Assembly: GCF_017348835.2 (NCBI RefSeq)
Contig: NZ_CP071375.1
DNA length: 64,000 nucleotides
Source: Escherichia coli
Lineage (GTDB): Bacteria > Pseudomonadota > Gammaproteobacteria > Enterobacterales > Enterobacteriaceae
Strand: one strand, 5' to 3'
The notes beneath the pieces are model-generated. The model was not told the DNA's origin, searched no databases, and was given only the letters and a program-made list of their open reading frames with translations. Of this stretch, positions 57,901-64,000 are shown piece by piece (the first letter of the stretch is position 1; each line of letters opens with the position of its first letter). Both the position numbers and the translations under genes were made by a program.

Positions 57901-59778
57901 GTCGGTGACGCCCTGAATGCGCTTGATGATAACGCCCTGCTGTGGGATGAGACTGCCAATGGCGGTGCAGGAGCCTACAATGCCAGCCATGACGGTAAAG
58001 CCAGCATCATCACTAATGTCGCTAATGGCAGTATTAGTGAGGACAGTACCGATGCAGTGAACGGTTCTCAGTTGAATGCGACGAATATGATGATTGAGCA
58101 GAACAGCCAAATCATCAATCAGCTTGCTGGTAATACCGACGCAACCTATATCGAAGAAAATGGCGCTGGTATCAACTACGTTCGTACTAACGACAACGGT
58201 TTAGCCTTTAACGATGCAAGCGCCTCTGGTGTCGGCGCTACAGCTGTAGGTTATAACGCTGTCGCGTCTGGTGCCAGCAGCGTAGCCATTGGTCAGAACA
58301 GCAGCAGCACCGTTGATACCGGTATTGCGCTGGGTAGCAGCTCCGTTTCCAGCCGTGTGATTGCCAAAGGTTCTCGTGATACCAGCGTGTCAGAAGAAGG
58401 TGTTGTGATTGGTTATGACACCACGGATGGCGAACTGCTCGGTGCATTGTCGATTGGTGATGATGGCAAGTACCGCCAAATCATCAACGTAGCCGATGGT
58501 TCCGAAGCCCATGACGCCGTTACGGTTCGTCAGTTGCAGAACGCTATTGGAGCGGTCGCCACTACGCCAACCAAGTACTATCACGCCAACTCAACGGCAG
58601 AAGACTCACTGGCCGTTGGTGAAGACTCGCTGGCAATGGGGGCGAAAACTGTCGTTAATGGTAATGCAGGTATTGGTATCGGTTTGAACACTCTGGTTCT
58701 GGCTGATGCGATCAACGGTATTGCTATCGGCAGTAACGCACGCGCAAACCATGCAAACAGTATTGCAATGGGTAACGGTTCTCAGACCACCCGTGGTGCA
58801 CAGACTGGCTACACCGCCTACAACATGGACGCACCGCAGAACTCTGTAGGTGAGTTTTCTGTTGGTAGTGAAGACGGTCAACGTCAGATCACCAACGTCG
58901 CAGCTGGTTCAGCGGATACCGATGCGGTTAACGTGGGTCAGTTGAAAGTCACTGATGAGCGCGTAACGCAAAATACCCAGAGCATTACTAACCTGAACAA
59001 TCAGGTCACTAATCTGGATACTCGCGTTACTAATATCGAAAACGGTATTGGCGACATCGTAACCACCGGTAGCACCAAGTACTTCAAGACTAACACCGAT
59101 GGCGTAGATGCCAATGCCCAGGGTAAAGATAGCGTTGCTATTGGTTCTGGTTCCATTGCTGCCGCTGACAACAGCGTCGCTCTGGGTACAGGCTCCGTGG
59201 CCAACGAAGAAAACACGATCTCTGTGGGTTCTTCTACCAACCAACGCCGTATCACCAACGTAGCTGCCGGTGTTAATGCCACCGATGCGGTTAACGTGTC
59301 GCAGCTGAAATCTTCTGAAGCAGGCGGCGTGCGCTACGACACCAAAGCTGATGGTTCTATCGACTATAGCAATATCACCCTCGGTGGTGGCAACGGCAGT
59401 ACGACTCGTATCAGCAACGTCTCCGCTGGCGTCAACAACAACGACGCGGTGAACTACGCGCAGTTGAAGCAAAGCGTGCAGGAAACGAAGCAATACACCG
59501 ATCAGCGGATGGTTGAGATGGATAACAAACTGTCTAAAACTGAAAGCAAGTTGAGCGGTGGTATCGCTTCTGCAATGGCAATGACCGGTCTGCCGCAGGC
59601 TTACACTCCAGGTGCCAGCATGGCCTCTATTGGTGGCGGTACTTACAACGGTGAATCGGCTGTTGCTTTAGGTGTATCGATGGTGAGCGCCAATGGTCGT
59701 TGGGTCTACAAATTACAAGGTAGTACCAATAGCCAGGGTGAATACTCCGCCGCACTCGGTGCCGGTATTCAGTGGTAA
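54931..59778 (+). CDS. upaG: Trimeric autotransporter adhesin, UpaG/EhaG/SadA family
   Basis: 1615-aa ORF with extended signal peptide [21 protein letters not shown]…, repetitive head/stalk modules and a C-terminal YadA-like anchor ending …AALGAGIQW. Confidence 0.85.
56379..57150 (+). repeat. In-frame tandem repeats (~255 bp / 85 aa, ~3 copies) inside the adhesin stalk
   Basis: Near-identical DNA blocks, e.g. ACCAACGTTAAAGATGGCGACCTGACGGCTGGCAGCACCGATGCCGTTAA… at 56641 and again at 56896. Confidence 0.8.
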
Positions 59779-59799
59779 TGATCCATTAAGTTAGTGTGA

Positions 59800-59900
59800 C
59801 TAAGGGCAAACGCCAAATTGCCTGATGCGCTACGCTTATCAGGCCTACAGGGTGATTCTGCACATTCCTATAGGCCGGGTAAGGTGTTCACGCCGCATCT
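59800..59900. repeat. REP/BIME units
   Basis: GCCTGATGCGCTACGCTTATCAGGCCTACA and TAGGCCGGGTAAGGTGTTCACGCCGCATCTGGC. Confidence 0.8.
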
Positions 59901-60204
59901 GGCAAGATAAGGCGCTCCGGGTCAACAATCTAAGGGCAATTCTCTGATGAGGATTGCCCTTTTCTTTACCAGACATCTCCCCCCACAAGAATTGGCCCTA
60001 CCAATTCTTCGCTTATCTGACCTCTGGTTCACAATTCCCCAATTAAAACTCACATCAATGTTGCCAATACATAACATTTAGTTAACCATTCATTGTCATT
60101 ATCCCTACACAACACAATTGGCAGTGCCACTTTTACACAACGTGTGACAAGGAGATGAGCAACAGACTCATTACACGATGTGCGTGGACTCCAGGAGACC
60201 TGCA

Positions 60205-61860
60205 ATGAATCTCTGGCAACAAAACTACGATCCCGCCGGGAATATCTGGCTTTCCAGCCTGATAGCATCGCTTCCCATCCTGTTTTTCTTCTTTGCGCTG
60301 ATTAAGCTCAAACTGAAAGGATACGTCGCCGCCTCATGGACGGTGGCAATCGCCCTTGCCGTGGCTTTGCTGTTCTATAAAATGCCGGTCGCTAACGCGC
60401 TGGCCTCGGTGGTTTATGGCTTCTTCTATGGTTTGTGGCCCATCGCGTGGATCATTATTGCAGCAGTGTTCGTCTATAAGATCTCGGTGAAAACCGGGCA
60501 GTTTGACATCATTCGCTCGTCTATTCTTTCGATAACCCCAGACCAGCGCCTGCAAATGCTGATCGTCGGTTTCTGTTTCGGCGCGTTCCTCGAAGGAGCT
60601 GCAGGCTTTGGCGCACCGGTAGCAATTACCGCCGCATTGCTGGTCGGTCTGGGCTTTAAACCACTGTACGCCGCCGGGCTGTGCCTGATTGTTAACACCG
60701 CGCCAGTGGCATTTGGCGCGATGGGCATTCCAATCCTGGTTGCCGGACAGGTAACAGGTATCGACAGCTTTGAGATTGGTCAGATGGTGGGGCGGCAGCT
60801 ACCGTTTATGACCATTATCGTGCTGTTCTGGATCATGGCGATTATGGACGGCTGGCGCGGTATCAAAGAGACGTGGCCTGCGGTCGTGGTTGCGGGCGGC
60901 TCGTTTGCCATCGCTCAGTACCTTAGCTCTAACTTCATTGGGCCGGAGCTGCCGGACATTATCTCTTCGCTGGTATCACTGCTCTGCCTGACGCTGTTCC
61001 TCAAACGCTGGCAGCCAGTGCGCGTATTCCGTTTTGGTGATTTGGGGGCGTCACAGGTTGATATGACGCTGGCCCACACCGGTTACACTGCGGGTCAGGT
61101 GTTACGTGCCTGGACACCGTTCCTGTTCCTGACCGCTACCGTAACACTGTGGAGTATCCCGCCGTTTAAAGCCCTGTTCGCTTCGGGCGGCGCGCTTTAT
61201 GAATGGGTGATCAACATTCCGGTGCCGTATCTCGACAAACTGGTTGCTCGTATGCCGCCGGTCGTCAGCGAAGCTACCGCTTACGCCGCCGTATTTAAGT
61301 TTGACTGGTTCTCTGCCACTGGCACCGCCATTCTGTTTGCTGCGCTGCTCTCGGTTGTCTGGCTGAAGATGAAACCGTCTGACGCTATCAGCACCTTCGG
61401 CAGCACGCTGAAAGAACTGGCTCTGCCCATCTACTCCATCGGTATGGTGCTGGCATTCGCCTTTATTTCGAACTATTCCGGACTGTCATCAACACTGGCG
61501 CTGGCACTGGCGCACACCGGTCATGCATTCACCTTCTTCTCGCCGTTCCTCGGCTGGCTGGGGGTATTCCTGACCGGGTCGGATACCTCATCTAACGCCC
61601 TGTTCGCCGCGCTGCAAGCCACCGCAGCACAACAAATTGGCGTCTCTGATCTGTTGCTGGTTGCCGCCAATACCACCGGTGGCGTCACCGGTAAGATGAT
61701 CTCCCCGCAATCTATCGCTATCGCCTGTGCGGCGGTAGGCCTGGTGGGCAAAGAGTCTGATTTGTTCCGCTTTACTGTCAAACACAGCCTGATCTTCACC
61801 TGTATGGTGGGCGTGATCACCACGCTTCAGGCTTATGTCTTAACGTGGATGATTCCTTAA
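60205..61860 (+). CDS. lldP: L-lactate permease
   Basis: ORF trimmed to [29 protein letters not shown]… (551 aa). Confidence 0.95.
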   Translation: MNLWQQNYDPAGNIWLSSLIASLPILFFFFALIKLKLKGYVAASWTVAIALAVALLFYKMPVANALASVVYGFFYGLWPIAWIIIAAVFVYKISVKTGQFDIIRSSILSITPDQRLQMLIVGFCFGAFLEGAAGFGAPVAITAALLVGLGFKPLYAAGLCLIVNTAPVAFGAMGIPILVAGQVTGIDSFEIGQMVGRQLPFMTIIVLFWIMAIMDGWRGIKETWPAVVVAGGSFAIAQYLSSNFIGPELPDIISSLVSLLCLTLFLKRWQPVRVFRFGDLGASQVDMTLAHTGYTAGQVLRAWTPFLFLTATVTLWSIPPFKALFASGGALYEWVINIPVPYLDKLVARMPPVVSEATAYAAVFKFDWFSATGTAILFAALLSVVWLKMKPSDAISTFGSTLKELALPIYSIGMVLAFAFISNYSGLSSTLALALAHTGHAFTFFSPFLGWLGVFLTGSDTSSNALFAALQATAAQQIGVSDLLLVAANTTGGVTGKMISPQSIAIACAAVGLVGKESDLFRFTVKHSLIFTCMVGVITTLQAYVLTWMIP

Positions 61861-62636
61861 TGATTGTTTTACCCAGACGCCTGTCAGACGAGGTTGCCGA
61901 TCGTGTGCGGGCGCTGATTGATGAAAAAAACCTGGAAGCGGGCATGAAGTTGCCCGCTGAGCGCCAACTGGCGATGCAACTCGGCGTATCACGTAATTCA
62001 CTGCGCGAGGCGCTGGCAAAACTGGTGAGCGAAGGCGTGCTGCTCAGTCGACGCGGCGGCGGGACGTTTATTCGCTGGCGTCATGACACATGGTCGGAGC
62101 AAAACATCGTCCAGCCGCTAAAAACGCTGATGGCCGATGATCCGGATTACAGTTTCGATATTCTGGAAGCACGCTACGCCATTGAAGCCAGCACCGCATG
62201 GCATGCGGCAATGCGCGCCACACCTGGCGACAAAGAAAAGATTCAGCTTTGCTTTGAAGCAACGCTAAGTGAAGACCCGGATATCGCCTCACAAGCGGAC
62301 GTTCGTTTTCATCTGGCGATTGCCGAAGCCTCACATAACATCGTGCTGCTGCAAACCATGCGCGGTTTCTTCGATGTCCTGCAATCCTCAGTGAAGCATA
62401 GCCGTCAGCGGATGTATCTGGTGCCACCGGTTTTTTCACAACTGACCGAACAACATCAGGCTGTCATTGACGCCATTTTTGCTGGTGATGCCGACGGGGC
62501 GCGTAAAGCAATGATGGCGCACCTTAGTTTTGTTCACACCACCATGAAACGATTCGATGAAGATCAGGCTCGCCACGCACGGATTACCCGCCTGCCCGGT
62601 GAGCATAATGAGCATTCGAGGGAGAAAAACGCATGA
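61860..62636 (+). CDS. lldR: L-lactate utilisation regulator (GntR family)
   Basis: ORF trimmed to [22 protein letters not shown]… (258 aa); start overlaps the lldP stop (TAATG). Confidence 0.95.
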   Translation: MIVLPRRLSDEVADRVRALIDEKNLEAGMKLPAERQLAMQLGVSRNSLREALAKLVSEGVLLSRRGGGTFIRWRHDTWSEQNIVQPLKTLMADDPDYSFDILEARYAIEASTAWHAAMRATPGDKEKIQLCFEATLSEDPDIASQADVRFHLAIAEASHNIVLLQTMRGFFDVLQSSVKHSRQRMYLVPPVFSQLTEQHQAVIDAIFAGDADGARKAMMAHLSFVHTTMKRFDEDQARHARITRLPGEHNEHSREKNA

Positions 62637-63823
62637 TTATTTCCGCAGCCAGCGATTATCGCGCCGCAGCGCAACGCATTCTGCCGCCGTTCCTGTTCCA
62701 CTATATGGATGGGGGTGCATATTCTGAATACACGCTGCGCCGCAACGTGGAAGATTTGTCAGAAGTGGCGCTGCGCCAGCGTATTCTGAAAAACATGTCC
62801 GACTTAAGCCTGGAAACGACGCTGTTTAATGAGAAATTGTCGATGCCGGTGGCGCTAGGTCCGGTAGGTTTGTGTGGCATGTATGCGCGACGCGGCGAAG
62901 TTCAGGCAGCCAAAGCGGCGGACGCGCATGGCATTCCGTTTACTCTCTCGACGGTTTCCGTTTGCCCGATTGAAGAAGTCGCGCCAGCCATCAAGCGCCC
63001 AATGTGGTTCCAGCTTTATGTACTGCGCGATCGCGGCTTTATGCGTAACGCACTGGAGCGAGCAAAAGCAGCGGGTTGTTCGACACTGGTTTTCACCGTG
63101 GATATGCCGACACCGGGCGCACGCTACCGTGATGCGCATTCAGGTATGAGCGGCCCAAATGCGGCAATGCGCCGCTACTTGCAAGCGGTGACACATCCGC
63201 AATGGGCGTGGGATGTGGGCCTGAACGGTCGTCCACATGATTTAGGTAATATCTCAGCTTATCTCGGCAAACCGACCGGACTGGAAGATTACATCGGCTG
63301 GCTGGGGAATAACTTCGATCCGTCCATCTCATGGAAAGACCTTGAGTGGATCCGCGATTTCTGGGATGGCCCGATGGTGATCAAAGGGATCCTCGATCCG
63401 GAAGATGCGCGCGATGCAGTACGTTTTGGTGCTGATGGGATTGTAGTTTCTAACCACGGTGGCCGCCAGCTGGACGGTGTACTCTCTTCCGCTCGTGCGT
63501 TGCCCGCTATTGCAGATGCGGTGAAAGGTGATATAGCCATTCTGGCGGATAGCGGAATTCGTAACGGGCTTGATGTCGTGCGTATGATTGCGCTCGGTGC
63601 CGACACCGTACTGCTGGGTCGTGCTTTCTTGTATGCGCTGGCAACAGCGGGCCAGGCGGGTGTAGCTAACCTGCTAAATCTGATCGAAAAAGAGATGAAA
63701 GTGGCGATGACGCTGACTGGCGCGAAATCGATCAGCGAAATTACGCAAGATTCGCTGGTGCAGGGGTTGGGTAAAGAGTTTCCTGCGGCACTGGCTCCGA
63801 TGGCGAAAGGGAATGCGGCATAG
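62633..63823 (+). CDS. lldD: L-lactate dehydrogenase (FMN-dependent)
   Basis: 396-aa [41 protein letters not shown]…. Confidence 0.97.
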   Translation: MIISAASDYRAAAQRILPPFLFHYMDGGAYSEYTLRRNVEDLSEVALRQRILKNMSDLSLETTLFNEKLSMPVALGPVGLCGMYARRGEVQAAKAADAHGIPFTLSTVSVCPIEEVAPAIKRPMWFQLYVLRDRGFMRNALERAKAAGCSTLVFTVDMPTPGARYRDAHSGMSGPNAAMRRYLQAVTHPQWAWDVGLNGRPHDLGNISAYLGKPTGLEDYIGWLGNNFDPSISWKDLEWIRDFWDGPMVIKGILDPEDARDAVRFGADGIVVSNHGGRQLDGVLSSARALPAIADAVKGDIAILADSGIRNGLDVVRMIALGADTVLLGRAFLYALATAGQAGVANLLNLIEKEMKVAMTLTGAKSISEITQDSLVQGLGKEFPAALAPMAKGNAA

Positions 63824-63990
63824 TCGTTTGCGCCCCCTCCCCCTAACCCTCTCCCTCAGGGAGAGGGGACCGTTCGGCGCTGAATGTACTCCCTCACTCT
63901 GAAACGACACCGCACTCTTTTTTTCTCCCTCGCCCCTCCGGGGTGAGGGGAAAAGGCCGCACTGCTCACCAATTTTCTGCTATCCTGCCC
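63824..63990. repeat. Palindromic intergenic repeat units (CCCTCTCC…GGAGAGGGG type)
   Basis: CCCTCTCCCTCAGGGAGAGGGG and CCCCTCCGGGGTGAGGGG stem-loops after lldD. Confidence 0.6.
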
Positions 63991-64000
63991 CCGCACTAAG

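Noticed and set aside
56278-59493. Minus-strand ORFs within the autotransporter gene (e.g. 56278..57189, 58909..59493)
   Set aside because: Antisense artefacts of repetitive coding sequence.

Overview
This window reads as an Escherichia coli chromosomal segment running yiaD-ghrB-yiaF-yiaG-cspA-hokA / glyQS / wecH-yiaAB / xylBA-xylFGHR / bax-malS-avtA-ysaA / yiaTUVW-aldB-yiaY-selAB-yibF-rhsA / yibHI-mtlADR-yibT-yibL / lldPRD. Gene calls are from my recall of the protein families applied to the supplied ORF track; no database search was run. The backbone is syntenic with K-12, but the window differs from my memory of K-12 in six places: (1) an IS481-like DDE transposase beside an intact hokA toxin gene, where K-12 carries IS150; (2) an AraC-regulator / GPH-transporter / GH127 glycosidase cassette between ysaA and yiaT, where K-12 has yiaJ-sgbE; (3) a class-II-like Fic protein with twin palindromic operators inserted between aldB and yiaY; (4) an rhsA with a low-GC C-terminal tip and a small downstream immunity-like gene; (5) a SadB-like lipoprotein followed by a 1615-aa UpaG/EhaG-type trimeric autotransporter adhesin between yibL and lldP; (6) single in-frame TGA codons interrupting ghrB and rhsA. 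I found no CRISPR array, rRNA or tRNA gene. The most plausible under-described candidates are the Fic module with its operators and the rhsA toxin tip with its immunity-like partner; no multi-gene defence system was recognisable.
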